This document shows, in pieces, positions 34,717-46,600 of a stretch of DNA of 64,000 nt. Origin of the DNA: a virus (taxonomy: Duplodnaviria; Heunggongvirae; Uroviricota; Caudoviricetes); IMG/VR virus record IMGVR_UViG_3300032007_000013; one strand, 5' to 3'. The notes beneath the pieces were generated by a model. The model was not told where the DNA came from. It saw only the letters and a list, made by a program, of their open reading frames with translations, and did not search any database. Every line of letters starts with the position of its first letter. Position 1 is the first letter of the stretch. Position numbers and translations under genes: made by a program.

Positions 34717-35265
34717 ATGTCAACATAGTATATTCGTAATTTTTATTGTAATACTGATTAGACCCAAAAAGGGAATAGAATTACAAATAATTTAAGTACA
34801 CAAACTCAAAAACATTAGATAATAACTCCAAAAGATTATAATGAAATGATTAATGTACTTAAAAAAGTTCATGATTTTGGAGAAAGTGATACTACTACTA
34901 GAAAACCAAAATTATCTAGTATTACAATTAAAGTTAATGGTATTGATGTTCTTTTAAAGAAAGAATAGTTTGATCTTATTGAACCAGACTTCTATAATAA
35001 TATTTTAATTTCATTAGAATAGACACGTAGAGAAGCTAAGTTTAATATTATCTATGGAAGTTATTTTGATGATTTGTTAGAAAAAGTTAAAAATTATAAA
35101 ATTCCTTCTACAAGATATTATACAACAACTACAACATGTTGTGATTGTTATGGAGATTGTTGTGATAATGATTGTTGCGATAGTGATTCAGGAGGATGTG
35201 CTGATACGGATTATTGTAATTGTATTAGTTGTGATGATTATCATTGTGGTTTTGATTATGTCTAA
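34717..35265 (+). CDS. Long-leader Cys/Asp-rich precursor-like protein 2 (182 aa)
   Basis: C-terminal core CCDCYGDCCDNDCCDSDSGGCADTDYCNCISCDDYHCGFDYV* (12 Cys, 11 Asp in 42 aa); directly after rSAM4. Confidence 0.78.
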
Positions 35266-35294
35266 TATATTATAATAAAGAAAGGTGAAGTTTT

Positions 35295-35819
35295 TTGAAT
35301 ATCGAAGAAATTAAACAAATTTTAAATGCTTATGATAGTACTATTTAGCAAGAAGCTTCAGAAGGATTTAAAACTTTCTATGATATAGAAAATGTATTAA
35401 TATTTATTTTAGATGAATTAGATGATATTGAACATAAAATATCTAATAAAATTATTAAATTAAATGATTATAATTATTTTATTTGCAACGATGAGCGTGG
35501 AGTAGAAGAATTTGATGAAAATTATTTAGTAAAATTTTTATATCAAAATTTTATAAAAGGATAGAATATTATTCTTTATGATGCATTATATAAAACTTAT
35601 TATTATATTAATAGTGTTTATAAAGAAAAAGATGATTATATTATGAATTCATTTTGTGTCCGTTTAGTTTATTATGATAATAAATATAATCAAATGATAA
35701 CTTTTTTTTCATTACGTTATAATGAAAAAGATGATAAAACTTATAAATATACTTATAATATAAATTTACCTATGTTAATAGAAAGAATTAAAAAAGAAAA
35801 AAACGATGAAACCATTTGA
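35295..35819 (+). CDS. Hypothetical protein in the rSAM cluster (174 aa, TTG start)
   Basis: AAGGTGA RBS; open with TAG=Q. Confidence 0.6.
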
Positions 35820-36636
35820 TCTTCCTTATAATTTTGATATTAATTTAATAAATTTTTATGATATTTATTTCAATGAAAATATAAATAGGCAAATACATTC
35901 TATATATTTGCCTCCTTATTTAAACGATTATATTACTGCTAAAAATAATCAAAAAATGCACACTATATATAATACATTAAAAATAAAAAATATTATTCCA
36001 ACTGATGAACAAGAGTATCAAGAACATATTTCATATATCAATAAGTTATTGCCAGATACATTAATGCTATTATTATAGTAGAATGAACTATTAATGCCAT
36101 ATAATATATTAGAAAAATATTTAAAGTTAAATATTAAACAATTTTGCGTTGGATCACTTAATCAAGCTAAAATGATAAAAGAGATAGATCCGAGTATTGA
36201 AATTACTGGTTCTATTACTATGAAAATGATGCCAGATGATTTAATAAAATAGAATAATATTTTAAATCAATATTTTGATAATTTTGTTTTATGGTTCCCA
36301 TATAATAGAAATATTAAAATGATTCAGTAGTTACCACCAAATTTTAATTATATTTTATTACTCAATTGTACTTGTAGCATTAATTGTTAGGGTACTTTTC
36401 ATTGGTTTGCCGCTGAAAATGATATTATAAAATGTCCTGCGGTATAGGAAAAAAATATTTAGAAACAAATGATAATTCCAAGAGATTTCCTTTATTTATT
36501 TAATGATTATATTAATATTTATAAACTTTAGGGACGAGAGTTTCCTACAAAATTAATCATTGAACAAATTATTTATTATAATACAACAACTCCAAAAAGT
36601 TTTTCTTTGTTAAAAGAATCTGATTTTCAAAAATAA
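35806..36636 (+). CDS. U32 family protein with Cys motif (276 aa)
   Basis: TIM-barrel-like pattern, LLNCTCSINCQGTFH...KCP, YKLQGRE (equivalent to the U32 KIEGR motif). Confidence 0.7.
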
Positions 36637-36642
36637 TAAAAT

Positions 36643-36692
36643 AAAAAAAAAGACTTTAATAATATTTAAATATTATTAAAGTCTTTTTTTTT
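36643..36692. terminator. Bidirectional terminator (perfect 50-nt palindrome) between convergent modules
   Basis: AAAAAAAAAGACTTTAATAATATTT|AAATATTATTAAAGTCTTTTTTTTT. Confidence 0.85.
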
Positions 36693-39663
36693 ATTTTATT
36701 TTAATCCAAATTCTATTATTTACTTCAACATTATCTGTTCCCCATACCTTATACTAAGGAATTTCACTAACAATACCAATAATACAATCTGGATATTCTT
36801 TGATTTCTTCTCTTGTCATAATATCAACTGTTCCATCTGGAGCAGAGCATACTGCCATTCCAGCATGATAATTATTTTTATCCTAATAAGTATAAACTAA
36901 TACTCGTCCAGCCACTGCTAATGGAGTTTTACATTTTTCTGTATATCCCATTGAATGACCAAAAGTATCAGAAATGACCTAAGCCCCTGACTATAAACGT
37001 TTTGAAGCACAAGATAAAGAACCATCATCATTATCAATCACAACTCGACCTGGCTCTAAATTAATAGTAGTTCTGTATTCAGCATAATCATTAAAAACAG
37101 CATTAAATACTCTTGCTCCATAAACATTTTTAGTAAAATAAGCTCCTCCTTTAGAATATAAAGAGGAGTCTGTAGTAGGAATAACTCCATCGGTAATTCC
37201 ACTAGTATTATTAATAGTTAATTTTCCAGTAATTGTAGCAGTTCCACCAACAGATAAATTACTATTAGTTCCACTTAATGTAAAACTACCAGTTAAAGTA
37301 TTGCTCCAACCTGGTTTTCCATTTTTGGTATTTCCACCACGCCAAAATTGAGCAGTAGTGCCACCATTAGTGACCTCATATAGTGGATCTGCACTAATCT
37401 CATTTCCATTTATATATAAAGTATTAAAATATCCTTTATCGGCACTTACATAACTATTGGCTGGGCCGCCTTTGTTTCCTTCTTCTATGGTGTTATATTC
37501 CATAATATAAGCATGATCAATATATTTATCACTATCTCCTAAATTAACAGCATGCACAAAATTCCAACGATAATTTTTTGTTCCTAAATTCCCAGTCCCA
37601 TCGGCAAAAGGACGAACATTACTCGCCCCAGCTTCTTCATTACCAAATATCGCTGCTTTAGCATATAAAATGTTCCACTATTTAGTAGAAGACCCTAAAT
37701 TTTTTCCGACAGTACCATTAGCATTTGGGTCTGGGATCATATGATTAATAATATTACTCTTTGGATTAAAAGTTCCATTAACAACAACATTTCCATCTAA
37801 GGTAATAGCCTATAAAGTAGTTTCATTTTTAGCAGTAATGGTAGTATTTCCTTCACTTGTGATTCCTATTGTGCTACTAGTAGATATATTAATAGGTTGG
37901 TTACTTTTATTATCGAAACCCTTTATTGGTATTTCATATAATTTACCATTAATCTATATTCTAAAAGTACCAGATTTCTAATCCTCTTTAGGGGCTGTAG
38001 GCTATGTAGCATTATCATTGGCAGTCATTGTTTTAATAAAGAAAGTATGGTTTTCTCCATTATCATCAATATTATAATCAAAATTATCGGACCATTTAAT
38101 ATTATTACCAAGTTTTACATATTTATATCCATAAAGAACATTTGCTCCAGCCTAATTTAAAATTTCGGCTTCCATAGCTTTAATAGCATCTTCAATTGCT
38201 GTTATTTCTTCTCCTAAATCCTTTATTCTATTTCCAATAGAATTATAATCAGCTTTTAAACGTTCCAAATTTTTAGCAATAATACCATCTTCTGGATTTC
38301 CTATAGTATTAATAATATTTTCAAAGCCATCATAAAAAATAGTTTTCATAGTATAAAAATCAGGAGATGATTCTTCGTCCCATTTCCATAATTCATCTTC
38401 TTGTATTAACTATTGAATAATGGCGCGCAAACCCTAAACATTAACAGGAGTAGAATATTTAACTTCTTGATTATTATCATCAAGACCAGTATAAGATAAA
38501 TTCATCCATTCCTAAGTGCTATGAAGATTTCTAATTCTATCAATTTGTTCCTAAGAAAAACCAATAGTAGCTAATTCTTGTAAAAAAGTTAAATAATTAT
38601 AAGCAATAATAAAATCAGCAAAACTAGCAATAAACTGTTGTTCATCAATACTAAAAATATTTACTAATGTATTATTCTAATTTATAGTACTATTTTTTAA
38701 ATTAGTTAACTCAGAATATAAATGAATTCTATCATCAAATTTTAAATTTGTATAAATAAAAGATAGTTTTCCTTCATCATTTATACTTGCATACATCTTT
38801 TCATTATTACAAAGTGTAACCCATTCATCTGGAGTCGTATAAGTAAATCTCTAATATTCATTATTGTCATCTAAATAATAATAAATTTTATTTTCATCAT
38901 ATGATGCTCCAGAAGTAACTTTTTCAAATGAATCTAATTTTACATCTGTATAATATAAACTAATTTTAGATAATGTTAATGGAGATAAATTTCCGTATGA
39001 AACTCCATTATAAACATAAATTTCTCCTCTAGAAACTTTATTATCCCAATCTACGTCTCCATCAGTATAAATAGTATAAACGTTTTCATCATTAAGATAA
39101 TAATAAGTAACATTAGCATTATATTCAGTTCCTGGCTTTAAAGTTTCAAATTCATCTATAGGACCTAATGAATCAATTGTTGTATACCTATCAGAAAATG
39201 GAAAATTTAAAATAGACAAACCTGCTTTTAAAAATTCTTCTTTAGAATTTGCAATTTTATCCCAAATACTTTTTATTCTTTGGGCTTCTAATTCTTTATC
39301 TTCCTAAATCTCTTTATTCTAAGCAAATGCTGTAAGTACTTTCTGAGATATATATTCTGCATTATGTAATTCTATTTTTTTATTTCTTAATTCTTCTTTT
39401 TTTCGTTCAATTTCTTCTTGAAGTTCTTCAGCAAAAATAATATTTCCTTTTAAACTTCTATCATCGCCATAAGTAATTTTTAAACATGGTGTATCATCAG
39501 TATAAGCATGCCAAATTTTATTATCATGTAAAGCATCTTTTTTATTTTCATTTGATACATAATCAATATCTATAATTGGATAATTTTTTATTTGTGTTAA
39601 AAGATTCTAAAAAGCATCACGTTTTAAAACGATATTATCTTCATATCTCTTATCATAAATCAT
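36691..39663 (-). CDS. Tail fibre/spike protein with C-terminal intramolecular-chaperone-like domain (990 aa)
   Basis: Four track ORFs join in one frame with TAG=Q; NLG....W repeats; AVFNDYAEY...SDTFGHSMG...AVAGRV (peptidase G2-like autocleavage domain); GAAAGGAG RBS. Confidence 0.72.
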
Positions 39664-39752
39664 AGAAGTATGTTCTCCTTTCTCACTAAAATGAAGAATA
39701 TTTCTATATAAGAACAAAATTTATCAAAAAAAATTAATTATATTAGTCCAAA

Positions 39753-39785
39753 AAAAAAGAGTGGGCAAAATACCCACTCTTTTTT
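39753..39785. terminator. Terminator with flanking A/T tracts
   Basis: AAAAAGAGTGGG-CAAAATA-CCCACTCTTTTTT. Confidence 0.8.
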
Positions 39786-40473
39786 ATACATCAAGCCAAA
39801 AAACATTAAATTTTTTATCAGCTTCAAAAATCTATTGTATTTTAGACCAAATACTATAACCAGTAATTTTCATTATTGGCTATCCATTACTATCTAACTT
39901 TACATTTCCCTCTTCATCCAATTCTGGTTCAAGTTCAGCGTCAGTTAGAATCTAATCTACTGTAAACTAACTATAATTATGATTGGCTCCATTTTTAGTA
40001 GCCCATCCAACTAAAACTTTAGTTTTACAAACTAATGTATTTAATTCATATAATAATTCTCCAGAGGTTTTATCAATCTTAAAGAATTTAAAAGAAAACT
40101 ATACAACTCCACCATATTTAGTTACTGGACTTTGTATATTCCAGCCAAAAATAATTTTACCAGGAGAACTAATAATATCATATGCTGGAATAACGTAAAT
40201 ATATTCTTCATTTTTGGCATTTTTAAATTGAATAGCTCCAACGCACTAGGCTAAATCAATATTATCATAATATCTATCCATTTTAAAATATACTAATTCA
40301 GCCTCATGGTCAGATTCAACTCCTAAAAATTTAGGAGGAGTTATAATTCTTGAATCTAAATCAACATCATAAACTTTTTCGTTGACAGGAATTCTTAATA
40401 AGATATTAGGAGGATTATATGAATTAGCTAAAGTGGCTAAATAAGCTTTATATTCTTGACTGCCTGTAATCAT
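39784..40473 (-). CDS. BppU-like baseplate upper protein (229 aa)
   Basis: VYDVDLDSRII..P..LGVESDHEAELVYFKMDRYYDNIDL...IIFGWNIQSPVTKYGGVVQFSFKF...LNT. Confidence 0.7.
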
Positions 40474-40500
40474 ATTTATTACCTCCTATAAGAATTATTA

Positions 40501-43290
40501 TTAATAGTTGCTAACAGTAAAGATATCGGTGTAAGTAATATGAGTAGTACCATGATATTTAGTAACTACTTTAATGCGGTAAGCACCAAAATCATTAGTA
40601 ATTTCAAATGTTAAAGCACCTTCGCGATTTACGATTTCACGCAAATCAGCTTCTCCAGAATCTTCATAAGGTCTTTCACCTTCGTTAAGAGGAATACGTG
40701 GAGTTACTTCTCCAGTGTCTTCATTATATTCAACTTCTTCGATATAATAACTAGTTACGATATCATCAAGTTTATATTTTTCTCCATCTATAGTACTATT
40801 ATTAATAACATTAAAAGTATAACGAGGATGTAAACGGCTAATCTTTAAATCCTATAATACACCATCAGGTCTTACGCCATCTACAAGAACATTTTTAAAC
40901 CCAGTTTCTGGACGAACAACGTCTTCACCTTCGTCCCAAACGGCACCAGAAACAGTAATTTTAGTCTGTCCAGGAGCAACAAAAGAAGTACGAATCTTTT
41001 CTGTCTTTGCTGGATCAGAAACACTATAAGTACCATTACGACGATTGATTACACGTACAAGATATTCGCCTTCTTCGATAGCATCAGGCTCAAATCTAAA
41101 CTATTTATCGTCTGGAAGAGCAGCAAAATGATATTTGTCTCTAAGGATACCATCTTCAATAGCCTCTTTAGTCAATTCAGCAGCATCACTCTTAACTAAT
41201 TCAGCAACAAAAGCACCTTTTTCATCACGAATATCTTCACTTGGGATCTTTACAGTAGCAAGTACTACTGGAAGTTGAGTATCATCAATATAAATATAAT
41301 CCTCACCCTCATAATCCTCATCTTTCATAACATCATCACTAAAGATATATTCAGAACCCATACTTAAAGTAACTTCTGGCTATACAGCAGGTGGGATAGT
41401 TAATACTGAGCTTTCTACAACATCACTATTGCGAGAAGCACTGACTAATACACATAATTTAGCTCCATCTTGTTGAGCCTGTAAAGCGGCTTCATTCATT
41501 AATGGATTTAAAGTATCAACTTCGCCATTTTCATTTTTTCTATAATAATAAGTACCAACTTTTAATTCTGCTCCATCTAATACATCTTCATACTTTTCTC
41601 CAGCACTAATACGAGCTTGGGCGCAAACTTGATAATTACCAGCATGAAGAGCACGGAAAGAAGTACCACGAACTACTAATGTTACATCTTTTGTTTCATT
41701 AATAATTTCTACTGTATTATCAACACTAGTATCAAGATCAGCATCAACTCCAGTATATTGTACTACAAAAGGAGTATCACGATATCCATCAGCTGCTAAA
41801 ATAATATTTCTAGCAACAGCTTGGAGATCTTCTGCTTTTGCCCAAAATACGATATGGCCGCCTGGGAGACCCACAGAACTAGATTCAAGAACATCCGCAC
41901 TAGATAAATCATATCCATTCCATTTAACGCCAATGATAGAATTTAATCCAGTATCAATATCAAATCCAATCCACTTACCAGAACCTTGTGCTTCATTAGT
42001 AGAAGCAAAAGAATTTAATAACTCTTTGCTTTTTACGATAACAATATTGCCAGAAGAGGTAAGAACTACATTATCTTGATTCTCTTGGCAGACAATTTCA
42101 TTATCATCTTCTGGAGCAGTAGCTAACTTTTTAACCTTAACAGAAAGATAAGGTTGAGCACTTTCTTGACTTTCAATTAATGCTTTTGCATCAGCATAAG
42201 TCAATGGAGTAGAATCTATTTGCCCAAGAACATTTTTAGCATAATAAATTTCTCCAGTATCTGAACTAGGAAGTTCTACATCTAAATAATCAGCAGCGAG
42301 ATTTAATGTATTGAAAGATCTTCCCATATCTACAGTTCCATCTACTGGGTTTGCAGTCCACTTATAAGTTATATTTGCAGTATTAGGATTGACAGTAGCA
42401 TATGCCTTTAAAAGAACACCATTTTCATAACTATTTTCAATATCTTCTTGAGATGAGAAATAAGCAACTTTCTCTAAACCAGTATAAGAACCATCAACTA
42501 AACTACCAGATTTCCAAATTGGATTTCCAACAGGAGAGATAGTATTGTCTTGATATACACTATTTACAAAACGACCAAGGTAGTTTTCCATATAATGTTC
42601 ATCATTTAATTGACGAGAAATAATACTTGGATCTTCAAGAGTTAAAGTATCATTAATAGCTACACTAGCAGTTAAAGTGTTGAAACTATATGTGATAACA
42701 TTACTATCAGTAGTATAGAAAGTAACAGAAAATGTTAAAGTGCCCTTAGCTGGGGTCATATTTTTGTCAATGATAAAACCAAATGTAACTTTTTCTGGAT
42801 TTAAATCACAGTTAGGAGCAAATGCTGGAACTGCTTGAGTCTCTGCAAATCTAGGACCTCTTTCTCCATTAGCAGTAAAATTCCAGTTTATTGCTATATT
42901 AGTATTTAATAAATCTTGATTATCAAAATATCTATCAATATCTAATACGAGCATTTCGGCATTATGGTCACCATAAACGCCTACACCATTTTTCTTTACT
43001 TTATTAGGAATAGAAATAGCACGGGTATTTGCATCAATAGAAAAAATTTCTTCATCAGCTGGCATTAAAAGTAAATACCCACCTGGGATGCCACCTGTCA
43101 CTTCATGAGTTACAGGATCTTCGCGTCTATTAACTAATAAAGGAATAATTTCATCGGTAAGAACATTAAAATATTCTTCTACAGAATGAATTTGTGTAGT
43201 GCTACCGGCAGCCTTTAAAGCCTAATTAATTAATTCAAACGCTGGAGCATAATAAAGTCCAGAGTTTTCAGCAGTTAATTTAGTAATCAT
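40501..43290 (-). CDS. Large structural protein with BppU-like domain (929 aa)
   Basis: IFSIDANTRAISIP...GVYGDHNAEML...DRYFDNQDL...GTLTFSVTF...FNTL, followed by beta-rich domains. Confidence 0.72.
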
Positions 43291-43330
43291 AGACTTTTAT
43301 TCTTCCTTTCTATTAAAATATCAATATACA

Positions 43331-43371
43331 TATATAAAGAGAGAAGATAAATTTTCTTCTCTCTTTATATA
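43331..43371 (-). terminator. 17-bp hairpin between structural genes
   Basis: TATATAAAGAGAGAAGA-N7-TCTTCTCTCTTTATATA. Confidence 0.7.
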
Positions 43372-43407
43372 TTAAAAATTATTGAATTAAATCAATCTTA
43401 ATTGTCC
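43366..43407 (-). promoter_or_regulatory. GGAC-N33-ATATA motif
   Basis: GGACAATTAAG...TTTTTAATATATA on the minus strand. Confidence 0.45.
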
Positions 43408-43601
43408 AGAACTTCTTTCCAAATATCAACTTCTTCTTCTGGAACTTTGATAGAGCGAACTTTTCTAGTTCCATCAGTTAAAATTTTTCCTTTATCAGCA
43501 GTAAGGGCAATTACTCTTACATAATAAATATCTTCTAAATGGACAGGAGATTCAATAACTCCATTAGTTCCAAGGTATTTATAAAAAACTTGTCTAGTCA
43601 T
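43398..43601 (-). CDS. Small structural-module protein (67 aa)
   Basis: AAGGAGG RBS; MTRQVFYKYLGTNGVIESPVHL..L.ADKGKILTDG. Confidence 0.75.
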   Translation of the reverse strand: MTRQVFYKYLGTNGVIESPVHLEDIYYVRVIALTADKGKILTDGTRKVRSIKVPEEEVDIWKEVLDN

Positions 43602-43624
43602 ATTATTGTAAACCTCCTTATATA

Positions 43625-46600
43625 TTAATGAACAATATGAGTTTCAGTGCTTTCACCTAATTTATTTTCTAACTCCTATTTTACCTAATTATCTAATGAA
43701 CTATCAGCATTACTAAAATAAGTTACTTTTGTTGGAGTTGTATTAACAAAACCGCCACTTGCTGTTGTTCCAGATAAAATTCCATTCCAACTACCACGAC
43801 CTGGAGTCCAATTACCCTAATCTAATTCAGTATTTTCTTGACTACCAAATACTATATTACTGATAACACTTTCCGCAAATGTAGTGTCTTCTACTTTTAA
43901 TATATTTGGTAAATTAATTGTTTTATCGCCTAAATTAGTATTTCCTTTTTCATTATAATCACTAGTACTCATTGAAAGGAAACAAGATAATTTTAAAATA
44001 GTAATTTTATCAAAAAATTCATCCATAACTGTTTGATTTATATCTTTGAAAAGATTAGTAGTATGTTCAAATGCTTCTTTTGAAATTCTAGTATTATAAT
44101 TAGGTAATTCAAAATATCTTAATCCTTGCCAATAGAAGCAGGCATATTCACCAACAAGAGCTAATTCACTACCTCTTTCCCAGAAAATATGAGTAATATT
44201 ATCAGGACGATGCTCTGAAAATTGAGTATTATTAGAATATGTAGCGAAAGTACGATTATTAAAGCCAGTAATTATTTTTCCATTTACCTTATTAGGTAAA
44301 GTAATTTTTCCTTGTAAACTATTAGCTTTATCAGTTAGATATAAAATATTATAAGAAACATTATCAATAGTACGAGTTTCTACTCCATAATAACTATTAT
44401 CCATTAAAACATTATCATAAACTTCTGCGATACTAAATACTGTATAAATTGTAATATCTTTATTAATATAATCAGGTACTGGAGAAGTTATTGTAGTATT
44501 ATCTGTTTCAGAAGATGAATAGCCAACAAAATGATATGTTTTATCAAATTCTAGTGAACTATCATCTTTATAAGGAATATAATCATACAAAACAGAAGAA
44601 TCAATGCGTCCATCGACATATTTATAAATCTGAGAAGGTGCTTTAAAAGCAGAACCAGTATCAATTAAATAACCGCCGATAGTTTCTTCTCCTTGCTTTA
44701 TAGTAATTAGATTCTAATGAATTCGATACTAAGCATATAAAGTTAAAACAGAATTATTATTATCAAAACTAAAAGCGTTCATTGAATTTTCAATATCAAC
44801 ATAACTACCATTTCCAGTATTTACATCAATTTGATATTTTAAGAACATCTGGTTTCCTTGAACATCTTTAGACCAACCTAAGAAATCATATCCTGCTTTC
44901 GTAGGAATATTTTTAGTAGGAGGTAACGGATGAATATCATCTGAACGTAAGGCTTCAATTGTTTCAACAATACCAGTATCTTCATAAACACGAACATATT
45001 TAGTTACATTAGATTCTTTTACATATTTAGCAGAAATCTATAAATATGGGAAGTACTATGTATAAATTGAAGTTAAATCTGTCTCTTTAATTTTATGATC
45101 GCTATCATTGCTTACATATAAAGAACCAGTTATTGTTGGAATTGTAGCATCTGTTGTATTAACTAAATTAGAGAACTAACTAGTAGTTAAAGCTTCTTTA
45201 GCTAATTCATACTAAGCAATTAAATCATCAAATAATTGTAATGAAGTAATTGTCTTTTCGGCCTCTGTTCCAACATATTTTTCATTATATGTATATATTA
45301 GATTATTATTTAAATTATCTATCCAAGTAGCATTATCAACATAACTATAATCTTCAAAAGAGCTATGGTCATTTAATAAATAATAATGCTCATTAGTATC
45401 ATAAGGAGTACCTTTCTCAACAGCTACATAAGGAGTCCATTCAACATCAGTAAGGCCAATACTTAAAGTATTCTTTGAAGTGGCTTTTTCTTTTAAATCA
45501 TATAAATTTTTAAGAATAATATATGAATTATAACCTAATCCACCGCCCTACACCTCATAAGTACTTAAATTATGACCAAGATTTGCTTTACTAGGAGTAT
45601 AATCAGTAACTCCTTCAATATATAAACCTCTATAAGTAGAAGGATCTTGATAATTATATTTGCCAGGAGTGTTCTCATCTTCTTTTACAACTACTGGCAT
45701 AGAAGTGAGAATATCAGTTAAATCTTGATGCTAAATTAAACTTAATGTAGTCATAGTCTATGGCAAATGTACTGTATGTAATGGAGCACCTGGAGCAAAG
45801 TTAATACGTTCAATAATTGAACCTAAAGCACGGAACTCTTGTAATTTAGAACTACCTGTTAGATTAAGTTCTTTACTAAAGCTCTCTAACTTACTAATAT
45901 TAACACTCTTTAATAATGGCATTGTAGCTAAACTCCAGTCTGAACTAGAATTAATTAATGGATTTGAATAACCTGGAATATCAGAACCAAGTTTAAAATC
46001 TAACATTCTTTGTCCATGGAAAATCTATAAAGAGTTAGGATACATCAAACTAATATCTCCAAGAGAAGAGATGTAATCTCCACCTGGGATATATGTAATT
46101 TGCTAAGTTAAATCAGGGGTGCTCTTAAAGGCAACTAATTTTGCATTATCTACATTAGTCCAAACGCCATCTTCTTGACCAGAACTACCATCATATTTAA
46201 CTGGAACTGATGGCTAGCTATCCATAAAGTATGATACATATTGATGTAAGAAAGGTTTTATTTTTGCTCCTGGACGAGCATCGAAATAATCCTATGGATA
46301 CTTTTTCAATACATATCCCTAACTTCTCTAATCTGCGGTTAAACTACTAACAGTATCACTGTCAAGGATTAAGTCAGAAGTATCATGCTAGTTAGCATTA
46401 GCTCTAATAAAAATCTAATTTTCAACAACACCAGCACGATAATCTCCGCCTAACCACCAAGAATCAATATAATTTAAACGGTTACGAAGTAATAATTCTG
46501 TAGTAAGTTTTTTATCTCCCTAAGCACAATAAGCATAAGTAATTTCATCCTAATACTAATGGGTCCCTGAAGTATCATAATAACCAGCGTATAATTTCCC

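Noticed and set aside
4181-36636. Mass pseudogenisation suggested by the fragmented ORF track
   Set aside because: The breaks are in-frame TAGs, several at conserved Gln positions, with motifs intact; explained by code 15.
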